From the IMG/VR virus record IMGVR_UViG_3300005804_000107, positions 1 through 25,050 of that record: a DNA stretch of 25,050 nt, one strand, 5' to 3'. Positions 5,902 through 14,683 of this stretch are shown here, piece after piece. The translations under genes were made by a program, and so were the position numbers. Positions within the stretch are counted from its first letter, which is position 1; every line of letters begins with the position of its first letter. This DNA is from a virus (taxonomy: Duplodnaviria > Caudoviricetes). The notes beneath the pieces are model-generated. The model saw only the letters and a list, made by a program, of their open reading frames with translations, had not been told where the DNA came from and did not search any database.

Positions 5902-7225
5902 CCTGGGTGCCCGGGGCCAGGTGGCCACGACCGCCCTGGCGCGGTCCTCAGCCCCGGCTTCGGATCCGAAGCTCTTCGAGGCGGGCTTCGCCTCCGTCGG
6001 GGGGCGGAGTGCGTCGACTCCCCGCAGGTCGGCTCGTCTCCTGCTGGAGGAGTTCGGCCGGAACCCGTGGCTCTACGCCGGCCCGGACATCATCGCCCAG
6101 GACATGGCCTCGGTGCCCTGGCACCTGTATCGCAGGATGCCAGGCCCGGTCGGACCCCACGGCCGAGCCCCGCGGGAGGAAGTGCTGGAACATCCGTTCC
6201 TGGAGCTCTGGCGTCACCCGAACGACGCCCACATCGGGTGGACATTCCGCTACCTGCTGAACGTCTACCTGGACCTGGTCGGGGAATGCCCGATCCTGGT
6301 AGAGCGGGATCCGGTTGACCCGGATACCAGACGCAGAGGGGACCTGCGGCCTCGAGGCCTGTGGCCCATCCCTCCGCACTGGGTCCTGGACATGCCGACG
6401 GTGGCCAACCCGACCTGGAAACTGGTCCTGGGCGGCCAGGTCCAGGACATCCCTGCCGGCGAGGTGATCTGGCTGTGTAGACCCCACCCGGTCAATCCCT
6501 ACGGCCGCGGCCTGGGACCAGGCCAGGTGCTGGACGACGAGGTCAGCCAGTGGGAGTACGCCACGAAGTGGAACTCGGCGTTCTGGCGCAACGGGGGCCG
6601 TCCCGGGGCGATCGTCGCCATCCCTGGGATGGACGAGGACACGGAGCGGCGCATCCAGGAGAAGTGGAACTCCAACTACCAGGGCGTGATGAACGCCTTC
6701 AAGACGCACTTCATCGGCATGACGGCCGAAGGCGGGGCCAACGTCCGGAGCGCCTACTATGACCTGAGCGCGACCCACAGGGAGGCCGATTTCCTGGGCA
6801 CGCTCAACCACCACCGGGACACCATCATGCAGTCTGTCTACCGGATCCCTCCGGAGCAGTACGGCAACGTCGACAACTCCAACCGGAGCACCATCGAGGG
6901 CTCGGAGTACGTGCACCAGGCCCGCAACCTGCGGCCCCGGGTCTCGTACCAGGCGGAGTGCTGGGCGGCCTACCTGCTGCCGCTCTACGGCGAGCCGGAC
7001 CTGATCTTCGAGGCGGAGGACCCCGTACGCAAGACCCAACAATTCTCGCTGGAGCAGGCCTCAGAGGGCTTCAAGCTGGGGGCCCTGACCCGCAACGAGT
7101 GGCGGGTGGCCAACGACTTCGACCCCGACCCTGAGCACGGTGAGGTCTACCTCACGCCGTTGAACACCGTCGAGGAAGGCCCGCAAGCCCAGGAGCGACC
7201 CGAGGAGGAAGAAGAGGATGCCTGA
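5885..7225 (+). CDS. Portal protein, HK97 family
   Basis: 'NPWLYA..DIIAQDMASVPWHLY', 'HPFLELWRHPN', 'FWRNGGRPGAIV', 'YRIPPEQYG...NRSTIE', 'LTRNEWR'. Confidence 0.95.
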   Translation: MRFSGNLGARGQVATTALARSSAPASDPKLFEAGFASVGGRSASTPRRSARLLLEEFGRNPWLYAGPDIIAQDMASVPWHLYRRMPGPVGPHGRAPREEVLEHPFLELWRHPNDAHIGWTFRYLLNVYLDLVGECPILVERDPVDPDTRRRGDLRPRGLWPIPPHWVLDMPTVANPTWKLVLGGQVQDIPAGEVIWLCRPHPVNPYGRGLGPGQVLDDEVSQWEYATKWNSAFWRNGGRPGAIVAIPGMDEDTERRIQEKWNSNYQGVMNAFKTHFIGMTAEGGANVRSAYYDLSATHREADFLGTLNHHRDTIMQSVYRIPPEQYGNVDNSNRSTIEGSEYVHQARNLRPRVSYQAECWAAYLLPLYGEPDLIFEAEDPVRKTQQFSLEQASEGFKLGALTRNEWRVANDFDPDPEHGEVYLTPLNTVEEGPQAQERPEEEEEDA

Positions 7226-8075
7226 AACGCTCCAGCGCCTGGCGCTGATTCGGGGGATCGACAAGCCGGCGCACCGGGTGCGATCCATCGTGTCGACGGG
7301 CGCGATCGACCGATACGGCGAGATCATCCTTCCCAGCGCCTTCCAGGCGTCGATCCCGACCTACCTGGACAACCCGGTGCTGCTCTGGGGGCACAAGAGC
7401 TACGGCGGACCGGAAGTGGCCATCGGCAAGGCGGTGGACGCCAAGATCACCTCCCAGGGCCTCGAGGCGGAGTTCGAATATGCCGTGGACGCCAACCCCA
7501 CGGCCCGGATGGTCTGGGACCTGGTCGAGGCCGGAGTGGTCCGCGCCTTCTCGATTGGAGCCCTGGCCCAAAAGTGGATCGACAAGTGGACCGAGAAGCC
7601 GGATCTGACCACGTTGCCGGACTTCGCCCGACAGGCCTTCCTGGACGGCAGCGCCCGCCGGGTCTACACCCAGGTGGAATGGGTGGAAACCAGCCAGGTG
7701 CTGGTGCCGGCGAATCGGGACGCCCTGATCGCGGCCATGCTGAGCGACACCGTGGATCGTGATTTCGCTCTCCGATCCCTCGGAGAGCTCGAGCTCGCAC
7801 GCAGCGAGCGCACCGGGGCAGGGTCCTGGCCGGGCTGGGAGCCCCCGACCCCCCAGAAGGAGGCAGCGCAGGTGACAAACGAGGTGCACAACCTGGAGGA
7901 ACTCCAGAAGTCGGTGAGTGCCCTGCAGGACGGCCTGGCCGACAAAGTGCGGGCCATCGTCCAGGAGGAACTGGCGGCCGCGGCCGAGGCGGAGCAGGTC
8001 CGGCGCGAACTGGAAACCCTCATCGCCAACAACCCCGAGGCGGTCCTGGCCGCCCTTGAACCCGCCGACGAGTAA
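7218..8075 (+). CDS. HK97-family prohead (maturation) protease with C-terminal coiled-coil extension
   Basis: 'DRYGEII', 'NPVLLWGH' (His59), 'AFSIG' (Ser112), 'ETSQVLVPANRDA'. Confidence 0.93.
   Translation: MPETLQRLALIRGIDKPAHRVRSIVSTGAIDRYGEIILPSAFQASIPTYLDNPVLLWGHKSYGGPEVAIGKAVDAKITSQGLEAEFEYAVDANPTARMVWDLVEAGVVRAFSIGALAQKWIDKWTEKPDLTTLPDFARQAFLDGSARRVYTQVEWVETSQVLVPANRDALIAAMLSDTVDRDFALRSLGELELARSERTGAGSWPGWEPPTPQKEAAQVTNEVHNLEELQKSVSALQDGLADKVRAIVQEELAAAAEAEQVRRELETLIANNPEAVLAALEPADE
7872..8075 (+). CDS. Putative nested in-frame scaffold protein, 67 aa
   Basis: AAGGAGG (7857-7863) 8 nt before an in-frame GTG; acidic coiled-coil product. Confidence 0.5.
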   Translation: MTNEVHNLEELQKSVSALQDGLADKVRAIVQEELAAAAEAEQVRRELETLIANNPEAVLAALEPADE

Positions 8076-8098
8076 CACGTCGGCAGAACCGTTGCCAG

Positions 8099-8129
8099 GC
8101 GGCCCGGCATCCCCGGGCCGCTTCATTTT
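8099..8129 (+). terminator. Terminator-like hairpin between protease and capsid genes
   Basis: GCGGCCCGG-CATCC-CCGGGCCGC (9-bp perfect stem) followed by TTCATTTT. Confidence 0.55.
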
Positions 8130-8189
8130 CCCGCCTGTGGGCGGACGAGCACGCGATCCCGGGCGGGACCGGGAGAAGGGAGATCAGCC

Positions 8190-9497
8190 GTGCCGATGAC
8201 CAAGGCCGAGCTCGAAGAACTCAAGAAGAGGGCCCTCGAGGCCAAGAAATCCCAGGAGGCCCCCCCGGCGACCGAGGACCCCAACGCGAAGCGCTGGGGC
8301 CTGACCGACCCGTGGCCCGAGCGTCGCGCCCAGCTCATGCGGGGCAGCGAGGGGCTCAATCCCAGCGAAGCGCGGGAACTGGAACGTCGGGAGAAGGCCT
8401 ACGGCAAGGGCCACATGATCGCCAGGATGCTGCGGGCCACCATGTGCGCCGAGCTGAATCGCTGGTCGGCCGACGACGCCCCCCTGCGGGTGCTGGCGGA
8501 CGTCTACAAGGATCCTCTGGCCGCCAAGGTCTGGGGCGGCGAGATGGAACGCGCCCTGTCCGCAGAGAAGCCCTCCGAAGGAGGATACCTCTTCGGCCCC
8601 ACCATGTCCGACGACTTCATCGGCCTGATCCGCCCGGCCTCGATGCTGCTGCGTCTGGGCGTGACCGAGGTGCCGATGCCCGACGGGAATCTCACCGTGC
8701 CCCGCCAGGAGGATGGCACCTCCGTGACCTGGGCTGGCGAGAACGAGGACGTGAACTCCAGCGACGATCCCAGCTTCGGGGACGTGAAGCTCTCGGCCAA
8801 GAAGGCCGTGGCCATCGTCGCCATTTCGAACGACCTGCTGCGGGTGCAGTCCGTGCAGGCGGACCAGATCGTCGAGCGGGATGCCCGTCGGGCAATGGCC
8901 CAGGAAATCGACACCCAGGGCCTGATCGGTCCCGGCAGCCAGAACAAGCCCCTGGGCCTGCTGCGGGACCCTGGCATGACCGACCTGGCCATCAACGCGG
9001 CCGTGGACGGGGACACGTTCACCAAGTTCCTCAAGGCGTTGCTGGACAACGACGTGGACCTGAACTTCGGCCTGACTGGCCAGCGCGAGGACGACGAAGG
9101 CCTGGCCAACCTGTCCAGGATCGCCTGGCTCTTCAACTCCAGCATCTGGGAGGACGCCTACAACCTGAAGGTGGGCGACGTCTACGTCTTCCGCGAGGAG
9201 ATGGACCGCGGGCGGCTGCTGGGATGGCCTTTCGGGGTGACCAGCAAGCTGGCCAACGGCGCCGACCAGCACGGCAAGACCACCATCGCCTTCGCAGACT
9301 GGTCGGAGGGATGGATGGGCCGTCAGGGCTCGCTGGAGTTCGACGCCAGCCGAGAGGCCGCCTACAAGAACTCCGCCGGCACCGTTGTGGCCGCCTACTC
9401 CCGCGACCAGACCGTCCTGCGGCTGATCGCGAAGATCGACACCCGCGTCCGGCAGCTCAAGAAGTTCGTCAAGTCGGACAACGTCTACACCGCCTGA
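8190..9497 (+). CDS. Major capsid protein, HK97 fold, with an N-terminal delta-like domain of about 120 aa
   Basis: 'RALS...EGGYLFGP', 'LTVPRQ..GTSVTWAGEN', 'FGDVKLSAKK', 'ISNDLL', 'LLGWPF', 'IAFADWS'. Confidence 0.96.
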   Translation: MPMTKAELEELKKRALEAKKSQEAPPATEDPNAKRWGLTDPWPERRAQLMRGSEGLNPSEARELERREKAYGKGHMIARMLRATMCAELNRWSADDAPLRVLADVYKDPLAAKVWGGEMERALSAEKPSEGGYLFGPTMSDDFIGLIRPASMLLRLGVTEVPMPDGNLTVPRQEDGTSVTWAGENEDVNSSDDPSFGDVKLSAKKAVAIVAISNDLLRVQSVQADQIVERDARRAMAQEIDTQGLIGPGSQNKPLGLLRDPGMTDLAINAAVDGDTFTKFLKALLDNDVDLNFGLTGQREDDEGLANLSRIAWLFNSSIWEDAYNLKVGDVYVFREEMDRGRLLGWPFGVTSKLANGADQHGKTTIAFADWSEGWMGRQGSLEFDASREAAYKNSAGTVVAAYSRDQTVLRLIAKIDTRVRQLKKFVKSDNVYTA

Positions 9498-9507
9498 TCG
9501 GCTTTCC

Positions 9508-9537
9508 TCCGGGGGCCCGGGCAACCGGGCCCTCGGA
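9508..9537 (+). other. 13-bp GNRA-capped hairpin after the capsid gene (mRNA stabiliser or partial terminator)
   Basis: TCCGGGGGCCCGG-GCAA-CCGGGCCCTCGGA; no U-tract. Confidence 0.6.
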
Positions 9538-9558
9538 CCAATTGAGAGGAGAACCACC

Positions 9559-9969
9559 GTGCACGGATTCTACCTGCTGGAGAACAGCTTGCTGGTCTAC
9601 GGCCTCAACAAGGCGGCCGAGGCCGGAGTCCACGAGACCGCCTCCCTGGACCAGGAGGATCGGGTCCGCTACCACGAGGGCATCGTCGAGGTCTCGATCG
9701 GCGAGGTCGGCGGCGCCCCGGACGCCAAGTCCATCACCGTCAAGCTCCAGGAGTCGGATGACGACACCAACTGGGAGGACGTGAGCGGGGCCGAGATCGT
9801 CCTCGGGGTCGACAAGACCGTGGGGCAGATCGCCTTCCAGCCCCCGAAGCGGAAGCGCTACGGCAAGGTGGTGGCCACCGTGGCCTTCACCGATGGCACC
9901 AGCCCGTCCATCCCCCTGGCCATCAACCTCCGGCTCTTCGCCCCGATGCGTGGCCCGGTCTACCCCTGA
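9559..9969 (+). CDS. Capsid decoration/cement-like beta-sandwich protein (Bbp16-like)
   Basis: Follows MCP; 'ITVKLQESDDDTNWEDV...KRYGKVVATV' pattern typical of jelly-roll cement proteins; SD GAGGAG. Confidence 0.65.
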   Translation: MHGFYLLENSLLVYGLNKAAEAGVHETASLDQEDRVRYHEGIVEVSIGEVGGAPDAKSITVKLQESDDDTNWEDVSGAEIVLGVDKTVGQIAFQPPKRKRYGKVVATVAFTDGTSPSIPLAINLRLFAPMRGPVYP

Positions 9970-10009
9970 CGAACGAGCCGCCTGAGGCGCCCGGAGCGGA
10001 GGTGAACCC

Positions 10010-10969
10010 ATGAAGGTCCTTGCCCACGTGCACGGCTACCCGCCGACCCACAATGCCGGTGCCGAGTGGATGCTGCACACCATGCTGCGAGACCTGGCCC
10101 GAAAGGGGCACGAGGTGACCGTGCTGACCGGAGCGGGGCGCCTCGGGTGGTTCTACGGCGGCTATTTCGAGGGGGTCCTGATCCGGGCAGAAGGTTCGGC
10201 GGAGAGGATCCTGCGCCACTACCAGTGGGCCGACGTGGTGGTCACCCACCTGGACCGCACCCAAGAGGCCTGCGAGAACGCCCTGGCCACCGAGCGCCCG
10301 CTGGTGCACATCGTCCACAACCCGTGGACGTTGCAGCGCTGGGGGGTGGATCCGACCCGAACCGCCGCGGTGGTCTTCAACTCGAAGTGGCTTCAGGCCG
10401 AGGTGGCCTGGCCCGGGCACCAGGTCGTGATCCCCCCCCCGGTGACCCCAGAGGATTATCGGGTGGAACCGGCCGGGGACTGCATCACCTTGCTGAACTG
10501 CAACCAGAACAAGGGGGCGCCCTTGTTCTACGAGCTGGCCCGTCGGATGCCGGATCATCGGTTCCTGGGGGTGCTGGGGGCCTACGAGCACCAGGTCTGG
10601 CCGGAGGCGCCCCTGCGGAACCTGCAACTCCTCCACCACACCCAGGACCCCCGCTGGGTCTACAGCCTGACCCGTGTCCTGGTCATGCCCTCCGCCTTCG
10701 AATCCTGGGGTCGGACGGCCATCGAGGCCGCCGCCAGCGGGATCCCCACCGTGGCCCATCCGACCCCGGGTCTGCAGGAGGCCCTGGGCAGAGCCGGCAT
10801 CTTCTGTGACCGGGACGACCCTGACGCCTGGGTGGCGGCCTTGCGGGCCCTGGATGACCCGGAATACTACCGTCAGTGCTCCGAGCGGACGCGGAAGCGC
10901 TCTCGCGAGCTCGACCCACGCCCGGACCTGGACCGGTTCGAGCGCTTGCTGGAGGAAGTCCGCCGATGA
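10010..10969 (+). CDS. Glycosyltransferase family 4 (GT-B fold)
   Basis: 'YPP.HNAGAE', 'GHEVTVL', 'NKG', EX7E motif 'ESWGRTAIE' plus 'AAASGIPTVA...GLQE'; SD GGAGGTG. Confidence 0.93.
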   Translation: MKVLAHVHGYPPTHNAGAEWMLHTMLRDLARKGHEVTVLTGAGRLGWFYGGYFEGVLIRAEGSAERILRHYQWADVVVTHLDRTQEACENALATERPLVHIVHNPWTLQRWGVDPTRTAAVVFNSKWLQAEVAWPGHQVVIPPPVTPEDYRVEPAGDCITLLNCNQNKGAPLFYELARRMPDHRFLGVLGAYEHQVWPEAPLRNLQLLHHTQDPRWVYSLTRVLVMPSAFESWGRTAIEAAASGIPTVAHPTPGLQEALGRAGIFCDRDDPDAWVAALRALDDPEYYRQCSERTRKRSRELDPRPDLDRFERLLEEVRR

Positions 10970-11451
10970 TCTGGATGCTCGTGAAATCCGCCCGGTGGTG
11001 CCAGGCCAAGAACATCTGGATGCACCCCGGCGACGTGGCGGCGGTGGCGGCCGCCGAAGCGGTCTACTGGCGACGGGGGCACGCCGTCGACCTGGTGCCG
11101 CAGCCGGCCGAGGACGGTCCCTCGATGCAGGTCAGGACCCGCCGGAAGCTGCTGATGGGAGAGCGCCTGGTGCCCGAGGGGACCGAGGTGGAACTCCCGC
11201 AGTCCGTGGCCGAGGCCCTGCTGGCCATCGGCGTGGTGGAAGACCCGCAGGCCGAACCCCAGCCCGAGCCGCAGGAGGAGCCCACTCCAGCCGAGACCTC
11301 CCCCTCGTCCCCCGCCCCCGCAGCGGTGGCCTTCTACTACAAAGGCGAGGAGGCCCGCCTGGTCGGCGATGCCGTCGTCGACCTGACCACCAAGGAGACC
11401 TTCGCGACGGAATCCGCCTGGAAGGCGGCCGTCACCAGGCGCCAGAGATGA
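10966..11451 (+). CDS. Small head-associated protein with two repeated short domains and a Pro/Glu/Ser/Thr linker, 161 aa
   Basis: ATGA overlap with GT; repeats 'HPGDVAAVAAAEAVYWRRGHAV' and 'PEGTEVELPQSVAEALLAIGVV'; linker PQAEPQPEPQEEPTPAETSPSSPAP. Confidence 0.65.
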   Translation: MIWMLVKSARWCQAKNIWMHPGDVAAVAAAEAVYWRRGHAVDLVPQPAEDGPSMQVRTRRKLLMGERLVPEGTEVELPQSVAEALLAIGVVEDPQAEPQPEPQEEPTPAETSPSSPAPAAVAFYYKGEEARLVGDAVVDLTTKETFATESAWKAAVTRRQR

Positions 11452-11525
11452 GTACGCCCCACCCCAGGCCCGAGCAGCCCCCTCCCCCGCGCGAGAACTG
11501 GCTCGAGCGCCTCCTGACCCGTTAG
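11448..11525 (+). CDS. Possible 25-aa peptide
   Basis: ATGA overlap; MSTPHPRPEQPPPPRENWLERLLTR; TAG overlaps the AGGAG SD of the next gene. Confidence 0.4.
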   Translation: MSTPHPRPEQPPPPRENWLERLLTR

Positions 11526-11534
11526 GAGCCCCCT

Positions 11535-12137
11535 GTGACCCTCGCAGCCCACGCCCTGACCACCGTGGCCGCCGTGGAAGACGTCGTCGGCGACGGGGTC
11601 TTCCCGCCGGCACGCATCGAGCAACAGATCCACGCGGTCACCGACCGGTTCGAGCGGTACTGTGGACGCCGCTTCGCGGTCGCCGAACACACGCAGCGCC
11701 TGCCGGGCACCGGACGCTGGTATCTGTGCCTGAGGCACTACCCGATCCTGAGCGTGGCCAGCGTCGAGATCGACGACCAGGCCGTGACCGACTGGCAGAT
11801 GACCGACGAAGCGGCCCAAGGGCTGCTGTACCGCGCCGCCACCTGGCCTGTGCGTCGTGCCAGACACGCCGACTTGACCTGGGACCCGGATCCCAACTCG
11901 GATGCCCCGAACATCCGCGTGACCTACCAGGCCGGCTACGTCCTCTCCGGGGAGGACCGGACCCTGCCGTACGACCTGGAGCAGGCCTGCATCGACCTGG
12001 TTGTGCACAGGCTCCTGCACCCGGTCCAGGGGCTGCAACAGGAGCGGACCCCTGGGGGCCACACGACCGTCTGGCGCGAGGGCCTGCCTCCGGAGATCCG
12101 TGCGGTCCTGGACAGCTATCGGGGAGGCATGCGATGA
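11535..12137 (+). CDS. Head-tail adaptor/connector (gp6-like)
   Basis: 'FERYCGRRF', 'LRHYPILSVASV', 'NIRVTYQAGY...LPYDLEQACI', 'LPPEIRAVLDSYR'. Confidence 0.88.
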   Translation: MTLAAHALTTVAAVEDVVGDGVFPPARIEQQIHAVTDRFERYCGRRFAVAEHTQRLPGTGRWYLCLRHYPILSVASVEIDDQAVTDWQMTDEAAQGLLYRAATWPVRRARHADLTWDPDPNSDAPNIRVTYQAGYVLSGEDRTLPYDLEQACIDLVVHRLLHPVQGLQQERTPGGHTTVWREGLPPEIRAVLDSYRGGMR

Positions 12138-12499
12138 ATCCCTGCCGGCTCTATCACGTGGTGAAGGTGGAACGTGGCCGGGACGTCATCTCGGCCCAGG
12201 GCGAGCTGCTCCCCGGGCAGATGGACCTGGTGCGCGCGGCTTTGCGATGCGAGGTGGCGGCCCTGGCCGCCCGGCAGTTGCAACTCCTGGTGGGGCGCCT
12301 GGAAAACCCGCAATACCGAATCACCTGGACCGCCGGTCCAGAATCGACGGAACCACGCGACGGGGATCGGGTCACCCTGGTCTCGGGACCCGGGGTGACC
12401 TCCGGGACCACGTGCACCCTGCGGGACGTGCGCCTGGGATCACCTGGCGTCGGCACCCTGGCCTACAAGACCGGAATCCTGGAGGGGCACCGCGGATGA
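12134..12499 (+). CDS. Head-closure/stopper protein, 121 aa
   Basis: ATGA overlap; beta-rich; 'GDRV' motif; synteny. Confidence 0.7.
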   Translation: MNPCRLYHVVKVERGRDVISAQGELLPGQMDLVRAALRCEVAALAARQLQLLVGRLENPQYRITWTAGPESTEPRDGDRVTLVSGPGVTSGTTCTLRDVRLGSPGVGTLAYKTGILEGHRG

Positions 12500-13221
12500 T
12501 CGTGTTGCAGACGCATACCCAGGGGATCGACTCCTTTGTCCAGAGGATGACGCGCACCGCCCGCGACACGCGGCGCCACGTCGGCGCGGCCACCATCAAG
12601 GCCGTGCAGATCGTCGCCGCAGCCGCCGAGGCCCGCATCATCATCCCCAGCCAGCGCAGCGGTCAGGATGATCCCAGGATCCCTGGAGCCTATCGTTACC
12701 GCTACCAGTACCACCCTCGCAGCCCCGTGGCCAGGCGTGCCGACACCGTCGAGGCCGTGGGTTTCGTCCTGCTGGACGCCCACTGGACCTCGGCTCGCAC
12801 GCCGGGCATCCGCCGGGTCTTCGCCCGGTTGGGCCTGTCGCGCGAATTGCAGCGGCCCGCCCTCTGGCTGCAAGCCCGCCGGCCGTCCTGGGTCCAGGTC
12901 GACAAGTCCCAGATGACCGAAGCCCAACTGAAACGCTGGCGGCGCTCCATCAACAGCAAGGAGATGAAGGCGCGTTACCTGGCCGGGCAGGTGCGCCAAC
13001 CGCACAAGCAGACGGACCGGCTCCTGGGGTTCACGGGTGCCCCGCGGTTGCTGCGCTGGGCCAGACGTCCGGATCGTGGCGAGCAAGCCAGGCGTCACGC
13101 GATCCGCCTCTCCAACCCTGAAGCCCGCCGGATGTTGATCCTGCAGCCAGCCGTCGACCGGAACCTGCAGAACATCCTGGAAATGTACCACCGGGCCGCC
13201 GCCACGGGGTTCGCGTCGTGA
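12496..13221 (+). CDS. HK97 gp10-like neck/tail-completion protein with long basic insertion, 241 aa
   Basis: N-terminal 'GIDSFVQRM...' helix and C-terminal 'ILQPAVDRN'; synteny. Confidence 0.65.
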   Translation: MIVLQTHTQGIDSFVQRMTRTARDTRRHVGAATIKAVQIVAAAAEARIIIPSQRSGQDDPRIPGAYRYRYQYHPRSPVARRADTVEAVGFVLLDAHWTSARTPGIRRVFARLGLSRELQRPALWLQARRPSWVQVDKSQMTEAQLKRWRRSINSKEMKARYLAGQVRQPHKQTDRLLGFTGAPRLLRWARRPDRGEQARRHAIRLSNPEARRMLILQPAVDRNLQNILEMYHRAAATGFAS

Positions 13222-13715
13222 TCCGCACGGTCGAGCCTGTGACCATCGCCGAGAGGATCCGCGACGCGATCTGGGGCCTGCGGACCAGTCTGGGCCTGAA
13301 GCTGGTTCAGGTCGGAGACCTGGCCTCCTACCCCGAGCCCGACCAGGTGCACCTCCTGCGGGACCGGTGCCCATGCGTCCTCGTGATGTTCGCGGGCGCC
13401 TCCGAGGGCCAGCGCCTGCAGGGGCAAAACGCCTACCGGGCCTCCCTGCGCTATGACCTGCATCTTCTCCAGTTCGTGCCCTCCGGGCAGAACTATGAAC
13501 GCACCATGCTGGAAAAGGTCCGCGCGATCGTCGGGCTCTTCATCCAGGGCCGATGCCAGTTGCCCGGCGCGCCCATCCCCGGCACCGTCATCCGATGGTG
13601 CCTGCCCGAGCAATTCGAACTGGACGACGCGATCGCACTGAAAGAGTTCGCTTTCGGTCACGCCGTCGTGCACCTGGTGGTTGAGGCGGACAGCCACGAG
13701 TTCACCCCCGCATAA
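13218..13715 (+). CDS. Tail terminator protein
   Basis: Synteny before tail tube; 'CPCVLV' motif; GTGA overlap. Confidence 0.65.
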   Translation: MIRTVEPVTIAERIRDAIWGLRTSLGLKLVQVGDLASYPEPDQVHLLRDRCPCVLVMFAGASEGQRLQGQNAYRASLRYDLHLLQFVPSGQNYERTMLEKVRAIVGLFIQGRCQLPGAPIPGTVIRWCLPEQFELDDAIALKEFAFGHAVVHLVVEADSHEFTPA

Positions 13716-13750
13716 CACGAGGCGATCGAGATCGCCGGAAGGAGCCAACC

Positions 13751-14632
13751 ATGTCCAACATGTCCCTCTTCAGCGTCCAGGACCTGAAGCTGTTCCCGAT
13801 GCTGAGCGACGGCCCCGGGGGCACCACCTATGACAACGCCCTGGACGTGCCAGGCATCCAGCAACTCGGCATGTCTCCGGAGTTCATCGAGAAGGAACTG
13901 CAGGGTGATGGGGAGCGTCTGGACCTCTACAGCAAGCTGGTCGGGATGACGCTGAAGGTGCAGCACGGCCAGATCTCGCTGGAGGTTCTGGCGGCCTTGA
14001 TGGGGGCGACGCGGACCTTGACCGGGTCCGGGTCCTCGGAAGTCGAGGAACTGGTCATGGCCCAGTCCGACATCCCCGGCTACTTCAAGCTGGCCGGCAG
14101 GGTGGACTACCTGGGGAATGGCGTCTCCGGCGACTACCACAGCGAGTACCTGAAGTCGAAGCTCAGCAACTTCAGCATCGAACACCAGGGCGAAGACTAC
14201 GCCCAGGTCAGCTTTGACTGCAAGCTGCTGCGCCGCATCAGCGATGGGAAGATGGTGATCCTGCGCCGCAACGCCACCGCCGCCCCGATCACCTCGACCG
14301 TGGACAATACCCCGCCCACCGTGACGGCGCACCTGCCCTTGGATGGCGCTGCCGCCCACCCGGTGGCCGACCCGATCTCGTGGACCTTCAGCGAGGCGAT
14401 GATGCCTGGGACCATGGATGCGGCCAACTTCTGGCTGGTCAAGTCGGACGGGAGCGACGTGCCGTTCACCATGTCCTACTCCACCAGCACCAAGACCGCG
14501 ACCCTGACGCCTGCGGAGGCCCTGGACAACTCCAGCGACTATCTGGCCGGAGTCACCACCGGGGTCCGCGACGCGGCCGGAAACCGGATGGCGGCCGCCG
14601 TCATGATCAACTTCACCACTGCGGGCGCGTAG
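13751..14632 (+). CDS. Major tail tube protein with C-terminal Ig-like (Big_5-type) domain
   Basis: 'ELQGDG' tube motif; C-terminal 'DNTPPTV...ISWTFSEAM...TATLTP...L...Y...TTGVRDAAGN'; SD AAGGAG. Confidence 0.9.
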   Translation: MSNMSLFSVQDLKLFPMLSDGPGGTTYDNALDVPGIQQLGMSPEFIEKELQGDGERLDLYSKLVGMTLKVQHGQISLEVLAALMGATRTLTGSGSSEVEELVMAQSDIPGYFKLAGRVDYLGNGVSGDYHSEYLKSKLSNFSIEHQGEDYAQVSFDCKLLRRISDGKMVILRRNATAAPITSTVDNTPPTVTAHLPLDGAAAHPVADPISWTFSEAMMPGTMDAANFWLVKSDGSDVPFTMSYSTSTKTATLTPAEALDNSSDYLAGVTTGVRDAAGNRMAAAVMINFTTAGA

Positions 14633-14653
14633 TCCGCGATCCGTTCATTTCCA

Positions 14654-14683
14654 GGCGGCTCCCGGCTGACCCCGGGGGCCGCC
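14654..14683 (+). other. 12-bp hairpin after the tail tube gene
   Basis: GGCGGCTCCCGG-CTGACC-CCGGGGGCCGCC (one G-U pair). Confidence 0.55.

Noticed and set aside
8184-9557. 457-aa minus-strand ORF, and similar long antisense ORFs at 3896-4996, 5948-7042, 16151-17398, 20913-22205 and 22112-24196
   Set aside because: Shadow ORFs expected in high-GC coding DNA; they mirror clearly identified + strand genes and carry no motifs
8312-9784. 490-aa alternative-frame + strand ORF (also 4474-5526 and 16322-17557)
   Set aside because: Arg/Gly/Pro-rich off-frame translation of real genes
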